NCBI GenBank assembly: GCA_046290225.1
Contig: JBKAGE010000044.1
Location: 1-64,000 of the forward strand
Length of the DNA: 64,000 bases
Source: Bradymonadia bacterium
Lineage (GTDB): Bacteria > Myxococcota_A > Bradymonadia > UBA7976 > UBA1532
Direction of reading: 5' to 3'
This document shows positions 10,491 to 19,248 of the stretch, in pieces; the stretch's first letter is position 1; each line of letters starts with the position of its first letter. The notes below the pieces were generated by a model. That model did no database searches. It was not told where the DNA came from and saw nothing but the letters and a program-made list of their open reading frames with translations. A program made the translations under genes and the position numbers.

Positions 10491-12314
10491 ATGGGGGTGA
10501 CGCGGTGGTCACCGATGCTCTGCCTGATGACGCTCGCGACCTGGGGTTGCCAGGGCGGCAGTGTCGAAATTCAGGGTCAGCTCGGAGCACAGGGATCCGT
10601 GGGCGACGCCGAGGTGTCCCCTGCCCTCGCCGACATGACGATCTCCGACGGGTGTGAGGGCGACTGCTCACCCGATGCTGGCCTTGGCCCCTCTGACTCG
10701 GCCATGCCTGCTGATCTTGTCGCCGTCTCTGGCCTGCGGCGGCTCTCGGTCTACGAATACGACAACACCGTCCGCGATCTGCTCGATGACGGCAGCCGGC
10801 CGGGCAAATCGAGGCTGCCCGAAGACTTCAGGCAGCCTTTCGACAATGATCAACACGCTCAATTCGTCAGCCGCCCCCTCATCGAGAGCGTCGAGTTGCT
10901 CGCTCGAGAGATCGCGGAGCGGCTTCGCGACGATCCCCAACGGCTCGCCAGGTTGATCGGATGCACGCCGAGCAGCGTCACGGATCGCATCTGCATGTCG
11001 GATTTCGTGCGTCGGTTTGGCCGGCGTGCGCTGCGTCGCTCACTCACTGAAGCGGAGATTGGCGAGTTCCTCGTGCTCGGTGTGCAGTGGGCGCAACAAC
11101 GCGACAACTTCGACGAAGGGGCCCTGGCCATCATCGAGGCCCTGCTCCAGGATCCAGAGTTCGTGTACCGCGTAGAGATCGGCGAGGCGGTGGGTGACGG
11201 CCTCTTTCGGCTCTCAGGGCCCGAGATCGCCACGCGTATGTCCTATCTGCTCTGGGGGAGTAGCCCCGACGCCTGGCTGCTCGACCGCGCCGAGGCGGGG
11301 GCCCTCGACACTGCCGAGGGGCGCACCGCAGCGGCGCGAGAGATGCTCACCGACTGGCGGGCCATCGGGCAGGTCCTGCGGTTTCACAGCCTCTGGCTGG
11401 GCTATGAAGATGCAGATCTACAGCTGCCCTGGGAGATGGCTCAGGAGACCGAGGCCCTCATCGAGCGGGTGGTCTTCGAAGATCTCCGACCCTGGGTCGA
11501 TCTCTTCACCCTCGAAGAGACGCTCTTGGGGCAAACCATGGCAGCACACTATGATTTGCCAGAGGCGATGTGGCCTGCCCCCGGTCGGGCCCAGTGGTTC
11601 CCTGCAGAGGCCTTCGAAGACGCCCTCGTCGTCGACACCCTCGCCACGTCGAGAGGGGTCAAACGCAGAGCGGGCATTTTGTCTCACAGCACAGTGCTCG
11701 CCGTGGCTGCGAACGCCCTCGACACCAGCCCCACGCGTCGTGGGCAGTTCGTGCGGGAGCGCTTGATGTGCCAGCCGATCCCGCCACCACCTCCTGACGT
11801 GGAGTCCGACAACCCTCCCCCGAGACCACAAGGCTCGTGTCGTGTGGACAACTACGCCGCCCACACCGCTCAAGGTCGTTGCGCCACGTGCCACACTCTG
11901 ATGGATCCCATCGGCTTCGGGCTGGAGAACTTCGACCGCGACGGCCGCTTCAGGGCCTTCGACTTCGCTGTGCCCGAGCTGGGCAATGTCTGTGATCTCG
12001 ACACACCTGACGGGTGCAACCTGAACCTCGACTGCCCGATCCAGAGCGAAGGTGTTCTGGTGAGAGCGGAGGCGGATCCTCTGCCCTTCTCCGGGCCCGC
12101 GGAGCTCGGCGCTCTGCTCGTGAGCGAAGGCCTCGTCGACAGCTGCATGGTGCAGCACCTCTATCAGTTCGCCCTCGGGCGCTCGCTCGACTTTGCCGAT
12201 GCCCCCATGTACGACGCCCTCACCACGCACCTCAGGGAGGTGGATCCTCGCCTGGACCAGCTGCTGGTGGCGCTCATCGCCCATCCGGCCTTCGTCCACC
12301 GAAGGGAGGAGTGA
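10491..12314 (+). CDS. DUF1592/DUF1588/DUF1595-type protein with a c-type heme motif, probable lipoprotein
   Basis: RRLSVYEYDNTVRDL, ATRMSYLLW, SPTRRG..VRERLMC, CATCH (CxxCH), DPIGFGLENFD; lipobox-like TWGC. Confidence 0.85.
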   Translation: MGVTRWSPMLCLMTLATWGCQGGSVEIQGQLGAQGSVGDAEVSPALADMTISDGCEGDCSPDAGLGPSDSAMPADLVAVSGLRRLSVYEYDNTVRDLLDDGSRPGKSRLPEDFRQPFDNDQHAQFVSRPLIESVELLAREIAERLRDDPQRLARLIGCTPSSVTDRICMSDFVRRFGRRALRRSLTEAEIGEFLVLGVQWAQQRDNFDEGALAIIEALLQDPEFVYRVEIGEAVGDGLFRLSGPEIATRMSYLLWGSSPDAWLLDRAEAGALDTAEGRTAAAREMLTDWRAIGQVLRFHSLWLGYEDADLQLPWEMAQETEALIERVVFEDLRPWVDLFTLEETLLGQTMAAHYDLPEAMWPAPGRAQWFPAEAFEDALVVDTLATSRGVKRRAGILSHSTVLAVAANALDTSPTRRGQFVRERLMCQPIPPPPPDVESDNPPPRPQGSCRVDNYAAHTAQGRCATCHTLMDPIGFGLENFDRDGRFRAFDFAVPELGNVCDLDTPDGCNLNLDCPIQSEGVLVRAEADPLPFSGPAELGALLVSEGLVDSCMVQHLYQFALGRSLDFADAPMYDALTTHLREVDPRLDQLLVALIAHPAFVHRREE

Positions 12315-12316
12315 TC

Positions 12317-13786
12317 ATGGCGAAACGCCTTCGACTGAGCCGCAGGGCCCTGCTCAAGGGCGCCGGCGTCGCCCTGGGCCTGCCCCTGCTCGAAGCGATG
12401 GGATCACCCGCCTGGGCTCAGGCTGCGACCCCACGACGATTCGTCACCTGTTTCGGGGGATACTCACTGGGCACCGATCAAGATCACGGCCCGAATGTCG
12501 TGGTGCCTGACACGACAGGGCCGCTGCGGCTGGGTGCTCGACCGGCGACGGCACCTCTGGCACCTGTTCAGGACCATGTCACCCTCGTCTCGGGCCTGTC
12601 GGTGCCCATCAGCGCCATCGGCGCGCCGACCCCACCCGGAGGCCGCTCGGCCGGTGTGGAGAGCTTCCACTACCACGTGAACCCGCTCCTCAGCGGGCAC
12701 AGACAGGTGGGGGATCCCTTCGACACCACGGTCACCGGCCCCAGCGCCGATCAGATCGCGGCCCGGGCCATCGGCGGCCAGACCCGCTTCGACAGCCTGA
12801 CCTTTCGGGCCCAGGCCGCGGCCTATGGTGGCGACTTGCTCAACCGGGGCACCCTCTCGTTTCGAGAGATGGACGGGCGCGTGGTGCCAGTGCAGCCCGA
12901 CGTGAGCCCCTGGCAGGCCTACCAATCGCTGGTGGTGGGCATCGAGCCCGGAGATCCCCAGGCGGCGCACATCGCTCAGATGCAGTTGAGCCGGCGCAAG
13001 AGCGTGCTCGATCTCGTGGATCGTCGTATGGGTGGTCTGATCGATCGACTCGGCCGCGCCGATCGACAGCGCCTGCAACAACACTACGACGAGCTGCGGG
13101 CCCTGGAAGTCCGTCTCGAGCGCCCTCCAGTGCCCACAGGCGGAGGTTGCTTCCTCACCTCCACCCCCCCTGATCCCGACATCGATATTTCGCGCCGATA
13201 CAGCGGTGAGCTGGCGCGTGGTCGACGCTTTGCCGAGCTGATCCGCATGGCCTTTGCCTGCGATCTCACCCGCGTGGCCACCTTGATGTTCACGTTCTGG
13301 CAGTCTCGGGTGGCCCACAACGCCCCTGCCATCGAGGCAGCGCTCGCAGGATCCGAGGCCCGGGCCTTCGACGGCACCGAGTTTCACACGATCCTCCACG
13401 AGCACAGCCACACAGATCTCGCTCGGGGCATCGCCTGGCACATGGATCTCTTCGCCCATCTGCTCACGCTGCTCCGCGAGACCCCGGAAGCCGACAGCAC
13501 CCTGCTCGACCACTGCGCCATCGTCTACCTCAACGAAGGTGGCTACGGTGCTGCAGAAGCAGGCGTAGCCTCTGACGACCATGGCAAGTTCACATCTCAC
13601 TCCACCGACAACATGGTGGCCCTCGTCGCGGGTGGCGCAGGGGGGCTGCAGCGCGGCGTGCACATCGTGTCCCCCGAGGGCCGGGACCATCCGGTGAACG
13701 TTCAGCTCACGGCGCTGAAGGCCGCTGGCGTCTCCGTAGACCAAATGGGAGATGTCTCTGGGATCATCGACGCGCTGTTGCCCTGA
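12317..13786 (+). CDS. DUF1552 family protein with Tat signal
   Basis: LSRRALLKGAGVALGLPLLEAM, SADQIAA, RRKSVLD, AFACDLTRV; usual partner of DUF1592 proteins. Confidence 0.88.
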   Translation: MAKRLRLSRRALLKGAGVALGLPLLEAMGSPAWAQAATPRRFVTCFGGYSLGTDQDHGPNVVVPDTTGPLRLGARPATAPLAPVQDHVTLVSGLSVPISAIGAPTPPGGRSAGVESFHYHVNPLLSGHRQVGDPFDTTVTGPSADQIAARAIGGQTRFDSLTFRAQAAAYGGDLLNRGTLSFREMDGRVVPVQPDVSPWQAYQSLVVGIEPGDPQAAHIAQMQLSRRKSVLDLVDRRMGGLIDRLGRADRQRLQQHYDELRALEVRLERPPVPTGGGCFLTSTPPDPDIDISRRYSGELARGRRFAELIRMAFACDLTRVATLMFTFWQSRVAHNAPAIEAALAGSEARAFDGTEFHTILHEHSHTDLARGIAWHMDLFAHLLTLLRETPEADSTLLDHCAIVYLNEGGYGAAEAGVASDDHGKFTSHSTDNMVALVAGGAGGLQRGVHIVSPEGRDHPVNVQLTALKAAGVSVDQMGDVSGIIDALLP

Positions 13787-13872
13787 CCCCCTGGGCAATC
13801 AGCAGAGGCGGTGTTGTCGTCTCTCAGCCTCCACCGTCGCCTCTGGAGCATGTCTTCCAGAATGAGTGACCC

Positions 13873-16269
13873 ATGCCTTCTGCTCACCTGCTCGACGACC
13901 TGAACGACATCAACTGGCCCAGTCTCCAACATGCATACGGAGACGCCAGCGACACCCCGACGCATCTACGACGCTACTGGTCGAGCAAGCACAGACGGCG
14001 AGATGCCATGATCGCCCTGCGGCACAGCATCTACCATCAAAGCGGCGGCTTCAGCGCCAGCGCCGCGGCCATGCCATTTCTGTTGCGCATGCTCGCCGAT
14101 CCGCAGGCGCCTCTCGCCACAGATCTGCTGCGTCTCGTCGTGCTCCTGGGCGCCCATGGCAATGTCTATACGCTGGCCACCCACGGATACGCCTCCCGAG
14201 AGATCGGACAGTGGCTCAGTCGCTGGTATGGCCCTGACCTGCAACACTTCCACAGCTGTCGAGCGCTCTATGTCGAGGCCTCTGATCTCTTCATCGAGCT
14301 GCTCGATCGCCCTGGCCCGCGATTTCGCGCGTGGGTTGCCTATGCCCTGGGCCACCTGCCTGAGCACCACACCGCGATCACGCCTGCTCTTCAGCGTCGA
14401 TATGATCGAGAAACACACCCCATCACACGGGTGAGCATCCTCATCGCCCTCGGTGTCTTGTCCCGTGCTGCAGCCCCTGCAGATCATGCACAGCTTGCGC
14501 GCTGGCTTGCGCCGAGGCGTCGCCGCGCTCGACACCCCAGCCTTCAGATCGCTCACACAGTGGCCACGCTCTACCTCTCACCCTCTGCCCCCTCAGCGAA
14601 GCAGAAGGCCGATCTCATAGAGCTCCTCGCCGCTCCAGCTGCGGCGAGTGTGTACCCCATGCCCTGGCTCGACGGGGCCCTCGACGCCCTCTGTGGTGAA
14701 TTGCTCCTCGCCCTGACCCCCACAGGCTGGCCTGCGAGCGAGATCCTACTTGAGGGCTACCGCAGATGGGCACAACTCAACCCCACAACACGAGATGTAG
14801 ATCATGGGCCGGGGCGGCGCCTTCTGCGGCAAGTACTGCAAGCCGGAGATCCCTCGGTCCACACAGCCGTGCTCACGGAGATCGCGCTGAGGCCCGGTTT
14901 GATCGCTCGATACGTCGGCGAGCTCCAGCGTGCCCTCGACGCGGCTCAGCTGCCCAGAGGTCTGAAGGGCATCACTGCTCATTTGGGCTGGCAGCCTCCA
15001 CCCCCAGTCCGACGTACGCCTACTCTCGCCGCCCAGCTGCCTGAGGCGAGCTGGGCGTCACACGTGCCAGCAGTATTGCGCCAGTGCTCCCTCGAGCTTC
15101 CGGTGATGCTCTTGCGTTTTTATCCCTTTGCAGGACCCGTGCTCGACATCATCGCGCCTCTTTTGCCCCAGAGTTCAGGCGGGGATCGCGCACCGTGGAG
15201 ACTGCTCAGCGCCAACCCTCATCTGCACGTGGACGACGCCTGCCTCGAAGCCCACAGGGGGCAGTGGAGCATGTGGCATCTGCTCCAGAATCCCGCCATC
15301 ACGCTTAGAGCCTCTTGGGTGGAACGATGGCGAGATCGAATGCATTGGGGGGCGCTGTCTCGCCGAGTCGACTTTCCGTGGAGCACAGCATTCCTCGATC
15401 GATATGCCGAGGTGCTCGACTGGGACGCCCTGTCGAGCAATACGGGGTTGCCGTGGTCGGAAGACCTCGTCGTGCGCTACGCCGACCAGTGGAGCTGGTC
15501 GCGGCTCAGTCAGAACCCTGCGCTGCCGTGGTCGCTGGGTCTCGTGATGCGTCGATTCCGGCGCTGGTTTTCGCATCTGAGCAGCAATGACGGCCTGCCC
15601 TGGTCCGATGCGTTCCTGCACACGCTCTGGGATCGCTGGGATCCCGAACAGCTTTGCGCCGTGAACACCCTGCCCTGGTCCGAGGGCTTGCTCGAGCGAC
15701 ACGCTGACGTGCTCACATCCTGGCAGCGTCTCTCGGCCAACACGGGCTTGCCGTGGAGCGTCGAGTTCATCGAGCGCCATATTGACCACTGGCATTGGGA
15801 TCAGCTCTCGAGCAACCCGGCCCTGCCGTGGTCCACCGCGCTCATCCTCGAGCATGCAGATCGGTGGCAATGGGGTCGGCTGATGCAAAACCCTGCTGTC
15901 ACCTGGAGCGATCCCCTCGTCAGCGCCCTCGCCGAGCGCGCACACACGGTAAGCACCTCCAGCTTTCGCAGCCTGTCTCCTCACCTGCCCTGGTCCGTAG
16001 AATGGCTCCGAGACCCCCGCCTGCACCGCGTGCTGTGCGAGGGCGATGCACAGCTCCATCAGCGGCTGCTCGCCCCTCTTTTGAACGATGAGCGCGTGCT
16101 CGAGATATTTCGGAGCTTCGAGGATCGTCGACATGCGCACGCGCGCTCACGCTGGGCCCATCTACAACGGGCTCGCCCGGAGATGACCCTCAACGATCCA
16201 TTGCCTGAGGCCTTGGGCCTCACCGAAGCTTTGAGCGGGCAACGACCACACTCGCCGAAGGGCGCTTGA
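13873..16269 (+). CDS. Hypothetical protein: HEAT-like N-terminus fused to Trp-rich ~25-aa repeats (LSxNxxLPWS)
   Basis: INWPSLQHAYGDASDTP N-terminus; about 10 repeats such as LSSNTGLPWSEDLVVRYADQWSW. Confidence 0.75.
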   Translation: MPSAHLLDDLNDINWPSLQHAYGDASDTPTHLRRYWSSKHRRRDAMIALRHSIYHQSGGFSASAAAMPFLLRMLADPQAPLATDLLRLVVLLGAHGNVYTLATHGYASREIGQWLSRWYGPDLQHFHSCRALYVEASDLFIELLDRPGPRFRAWVAYALGHLPEHHTAITPALQRRYDRETHPITRVSILIALGVLSRAAAPADHAQLARWLAPRRRRARHPSLQIAHTVATLYLSPSAPSAKQKADLIELLAAPAAASVYPMPWLDGALDALCGELLLALTPTGWPASEILLEGYRRWAQLNPTTRDVDHGPGRRLLRQVLQAGDPSVHTAVLTEIALRPGLIARYVGELQRALDAAQLPRGLKGITAHLGWQPPPPVRRTPTLAAQLPEASWASHVPAVLRQCSLELPVMLLRFYPFAGPVLDIIAPLLPQSSGGDRAPWRLLSANPHLHVDDACLEAHRGQWSMWHLLQNPAITLRASWVERWRDRMHWGALSRRVDFPWSTAFLDRYAEVLDWDALSSNTGLPWSEDLVVRYADQWSWSRLSQNPALPWSLGLVMRRFRRWFSHLSSNDGLPWSDAFLHTLWDRWDPEQLCAVNTLPWSEGLLERHADVLTSWQRLSANTGLPWSVEFIERHIDHWHWDQLSSNPALPWSTALILEHADRWQWGRLMQNPAVTWSDPLVSALAERAHTVSTSSFRSLSPHLPWSVEWLRDPRLHRVLCEGDAQLHQRLLAPLLNDERVLEIFRSFEDRRHAHARSRWAHLQRARPEMTLNDPLPEALGLTEALSGQRPHSPKGA

Positions 16270-17050
16270 ACCCAGGCAGTCGCTGCAGCGCCCGCGCACA
16301 TGGTCCAGGTGTGTTGCCCATGACCGCCGTGTCGACCCGGGTCACCGAGTCCACCTCCGGGGCCCAGGCCCGCAGGGTGGGCTCGACAGTCTCTGGATCA
16401 AGGCCCCAGGGCATCGAGGGGACCGCGTAACCATCGCCCACCTGCCAACCGCGCACAGTCTTCTGAGCGAACCACTCCGGCACGGCGTCAAAGATCAAAG
16501 TGAGCTGAGGAAAGCGTTGAAACAGCTCCGCGACGAGGCTCTGCACTTCGTATGGCTCGAAGTACATCAACAGCCCCTGAGCGATGATACACACCGGGCC
16601 GTCGTCGGGGATGAGATCCATCCATTTGGTGCCCAGCGCGCTGCAGGTGATGTGAGCACAGCGCCTCGTCGGGGGCAGGAGTCGACCGCGAAGAGACATG
16701 ACACTGGGTACGTCGACGCACACCCACCAGCTCGTGTGATCTCCACATCGCAGATGTCGTGTCTCCAGCCCCACGCCCAGTTCGACCACCATGCCTTCGA
16801 GACCTGCGACCCGCTGCTGGGCCAGCCAGAGCTCCACTGCGAGATCAATCTGCTGAACCGTAAGCCCATGGGCGACATCAGGAGGTCCAAACCGCATGAA
16901 GTCGTATGCGATCTGCTGATACACCCGCACAGCTTCGGGATCATGAAGCGATGACTTCGGATCAAGGGCTGCCCGAGCGCGCCCGTGCAGCGTCCAGAGG
17001 AGCGTCTCGGGTACTCCGGTGAGGTGGGGGTGATGGTGGATCGCGTTCAT
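16220..17050 (-). CDS. Class I SAM-dependent O-methyltransferase (LCM/TcmP-like)
   Basis: VPETLLWTL, VVELGVGLET, AQGLLMYF; RBS GAGGAGG. Confidence 0.85.
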   Translation of the reverse strand: MNAIHHHPHLTGVPETLLWTLHGRARAALDPKSSLHDPEAVRVYQQIAYDFMRFGPPDVAHGLTVQQIDLAVELWLAQQRVAGLEGMVVELGVGLETRHLRCGDHTSWWVCVDVPSVMSLRGRLLPPTRRCAHITCSALGTKWMDLIPDDGPVCIIAQGLLMYFEPYEVQSLVAELFQRFPQLTLIFDAVPEWFAQKTVRGWQVGDGYAVPSMPWGLDPETVEPTLRAWAPEVDSVTRVDTAVMGNTPGPCARALQRLPGFKRPSASVVVARSKLR

Positions 17051-17089
17051 GGCACCTCCTCAGCAGATGACTTCCACAGAAAAACGAAC

Positions 17090-17106
17090 TTGAAATCCAT
17101 TTTCAA
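17090..17106. promoter_or_regulatory. Fur-family-like operator palindrome
   Basis: TTGAAATCCATTTTCAA, AT-rich 6-5-6 inverted repeat resembling the deltaproteobacterial Fur consensus WTGAAAATNATTTTCAW. Confidence 0.6.
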
Positions 17107-17184
17107 CAAATATAACGATCGATCCGATGGAAAACTCAAGTAGCCGGCATGTAGCTGGCCGCTTCATGCCCCATTGGAGCCCCC

Positions 17185-17406
17185 ATGAGCCAGCGCCCAA
17201 AGCACTTCGTCAGCCCCCACTGCACCATCTCCCTGACGCCCGCAGGGCCAGCGCAAATCACCTTCGGTGGTCAAAGTTTCAAGGTGTGCCCTTTTGCTCT
17301 CATCTCCATGGCACAGGCATTTTCTGCCGCAGCAGACATGTTGGAGCGACAGGCGGCAGAGGCCCGCATGCAGCTTGATATCGAGGATCAACGCACGCTG
17401 CACTGA
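17185..17406 (+). CDS. Small hypothetical protein (73 aa)
   Basis: GGAG RBS 6 nt before ATG; protein-like composition; follows the Fur-like box. Confidence 0.6.
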   Translation: MSQRPKHFVSPHCTISLTPAGPAQITFGGQSFKVCPFALISMAQAFSAAADMLERQAAEARMQLDIEDQRTLH

Positions 17407-17417
17407 GAGGTCCTCTG

Positions 17418-17577
17418 ATCGTGCTGTGCATTCGGATTGAGTGTGAGTACTTGTCTTGAGGGCAGATTTCGAGGTTGAAGATGCTCGATGAGCCGATGGG
17501 CTCACCTGCGCTATTCGCCCCCGAACTCTGGCCTCAATCCTGCGTTCTCCCGACTCAATCCGAATGCACAGCACGAT
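17418..17577. repeat. 160-bp palindromic element with perfect 25-bp terminal inverted repeats (MITE-like or rod-shaped ncRNA)
   Basis: ATCGTGCTGTGCATTCGGATTGAGT (17418-17442) is the exact reverse complement of 17553-17577; interior is also imperfectly self-complementary. Confidence 0.8.
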
Positions 17578-17690
17578 GAGCCTCGAACCTCACGAATGTG
17601 TCGCCTGCTCAGAGAAGTGGCGTTACGATAGTGTCTCTACAACACGAAAAGCTGAGTGAACGTGGTCCATCAGCTTTCTGGGGCAACAGC

Positions 17691-18614
17691 ATGTCATCGA
17701 CCGAGCAAGCTTCATCCGATCTCACGCCATCACAACGCGCTCGCCTCGCCCTCGACGGCCTCTCGGTGGGCGATGCCTTCGGACAGAAATTCTTCACTCA
17801 TCTCACTGATGATCTGCCGACGCCCCCATGGCGTTGGACAGACGACACCATCATGGCCATCTCGGTGGTGGAGAACCTCGAGACTCACGGAGCAATTGAC
17901 TGCCCGACCCTCGCCACTGCCTTCGCTCGCCGATATGCAGAGGACCCCTATCGTGGCTATGGCCAGGGCGCCGCGCGTCTGCTCCAGGATCTGATGCGGG
18001 GCGCTCCGTGGAAAGCCACGGCGCAGTCTCTGTTCAACGGTCAGGGCTCGATGGGCAATGGCGGTGCCATGAGGGTGGCGCCTCTCGGCGCCTGGTTCGC
18101 CGACGCCCCTCTTGAAGTGCTCGTGGACAACGCCCGGCGCAGCGCCGAGGTCACCCACACTCACCCTGAAGGGCAAGCCGGTGCCGTTGCTGTCGCGGTG
18201 GCTACAGCGTGGGCCTGGCAGTGGTTTCAAACCCCGGTCTACGAACGCCCTCACCCCATGGGCATGGTCGAGGCGGCGCTGAACGCCATCGACGAGGGGC
18301 CCACAGCCAATCGTCTGGGGTTTGCATTGGAGCTCGGCATCGACGGGCACCAGCTCTCAGCCGTGAACCAGCTGGGCAACGGCAGCCGCATCACTGCACC
18401 CGACACGGTGCCCTTCTGTCTCTGGGCAGCAGCACGACATCTGGGGAAGTTCGAGAAGGGATTGTGGTTCACCATGCGCGCAGGGGGCGACATCGACACC
18501 AACTGCGCAATTGTAGGCGGAATTCTGGCCATGACAGATGCGGTGCCTCCTCAATGGCTCACCTGTCGCGAATACCTTCCGATCGCCCCAACGGCCCAAA
18601 CCGAAACACGCTGA
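17691..18614 (+). CDS. ADP-ribosylglycohydrolase family protein
   Basis: GLSVGDAFG, WTDDT, RGYG, SMGNGGAMRVAP, THTH, GGDIDTN..IVG motifs. Confidence 0.92.
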   Translation: MSSTEQASSDLTPSQRARLALDGLSVGDAFGQKFFTHLTDDLPTPPWRWTDDTIMAISVVENLETHGAIDCPTLATAFARRYAEDPYRGYGQGAARLLQDLMRGAPWKATAQSLFNGQGSMGNGGAMRVAPLGAWFADAPLEVLVDNARRSAEVTHTHPEGQAGAVAVAVATAWAWQWFQTPVYERPHPMGMVEAALNAIDEGPTANRLGFALELGIDGHQLSAVNQLGNGSRITAPDTVPFCLWAAARHLGKFEKGLWFTMRAGGDIDTNCAIVGGILAMTDAVPPQWLTCREYLPIAPTAQTETR

Positions 18615-18642
18615 ACCAAAACGAAACACACATTCAACTCAC

Positions 18643-18695
18643 GTTTCATTAAGAAACAGCCAATATAGGCTAGAGTTGCATGACACTGTCATGCA
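18643..18695. promoter_or_regulatory. Two palindromic candidate enhancer-binding-protein sites (UAS)
   Basis: GTTTC-ATTAA-GAAAC (18643-18657) and TGCATGACA-C-TGTCATGCA (18677-18695), 90-140 bp upstream of the predicted sigma54 start site. Confidence 0.55.
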
Positions 18696-18716
18696 GCCCC
18701 CTACACACACCAGTAA

Positions 18717-18729
18717 TTTCAATACGTTA
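18717..18729 (+). promoter_or_regulatory. IHF-like site
   Basis: TTTCAATACGTTA vs consensus WATCAA-N4-TTR, between the UAS and the sigma54 promoter. Confidence 0.5.
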
Positions 18730-18757
18730 ACGGACCCATTTCTCGACCCTTCGGTCA

Positions 18758-18773
18758 TGGCACACGATCTGCA
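18758..18773 (+). promoter_or_regulatory. sigma54 (-24/-12) promoter
   Basis: TGGCACACGATCTGCA: GG and GC at exact -24/-12 spacing; predicted +1 near 18784 coincides with the base of a long stem. Confidence 0.7.
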
Positions 18774-18783
18774 ATCATATCGC

Positions 18784-18990
18784 AGCAGATTGGCTGGTTG
18801 TTTTGCCGTACGGTTCCCTCCCTCTCCTCCGTTCGGCGTCCCCCAACCTGAACAGCCTACCAGTCTGCTCATGTGCTCTCGATCATGATTCTTGCCCCCC
18901 CTCGAATCATGGTCACGGACAGGGGAGTGCATACGAGCCCAAAAGGCTCATTCGAGGCGCAGCAAGCCCCCACTTGCTGCGCCTTTTTTT
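18784..18990 (+). ncRNA. Putative sigma54-dependent sRNA with C-rich loops (Pxr-like architecture)
   Basis: Stem AGCAGATTGG/CCAGTCTGCT; inner loop TTCCCTCCCTCTCCT; hairpin GATCATGATTC-TTGCCCCCCCTC-GAATCATGGTC; terminator with CCCCCA loop; no credible ORF. Confidence 0.7.
18955..18990 (+). terminator. Rho-independent terminator
   Basis: AGGCGCAGCAAG-CCCCCA-CTTGCTGCGCCT followed by a T run. Confidence 0.9.
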
Positions 18991-18992
18991 AT

Positions 18993-19119
18993 GGGCTCCG
19001 GCGCTGCGGCGGCGCCAGCCGCCGTGACGCCGGCGATCTCGCGCACAGGCACGACTTTTCCGTCCTCGGGGTAGCGCTGCTACCCCTGCGGGTGAAAACC
19101 CGCGCCTGCACACGAGCTC
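18993..19119. other. GC-rich multi-hairpin element (REP-like or structured RNA)
   Basis: Hairpin 18998-19033, plus GGGGTAGC-GCT-GCTACCCC and GCGGGT-GAAA-ACCCGC enclosed by CAGGC/GCCTG. Confidence 0.45.
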
Positions 19120-19248
19120 ACCAACCTCACGACGACTGTCGCCACCTCCGCGCCTCCGCAGGGCACGTGCACAGGTGGGTTATGGCTTTGAGGGCCAGCA
19201 GTTTGAGTTTTGTCGTAGGTGGGGGGTAAGCCTGCTGCTTTTAACGCA

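Noticed and set aside
17418..17577. Retron msr/msd with a1/a2 arms
   Set aside because: No reverse transcriptase nearby; kept only as a palindromic element
19040..19110. RNase P RNA or hammerhead ribozyme
   Set aside because: Only superficial similarity (GAGGACGGAAAAGTC on the minus strand); conserved cores absent
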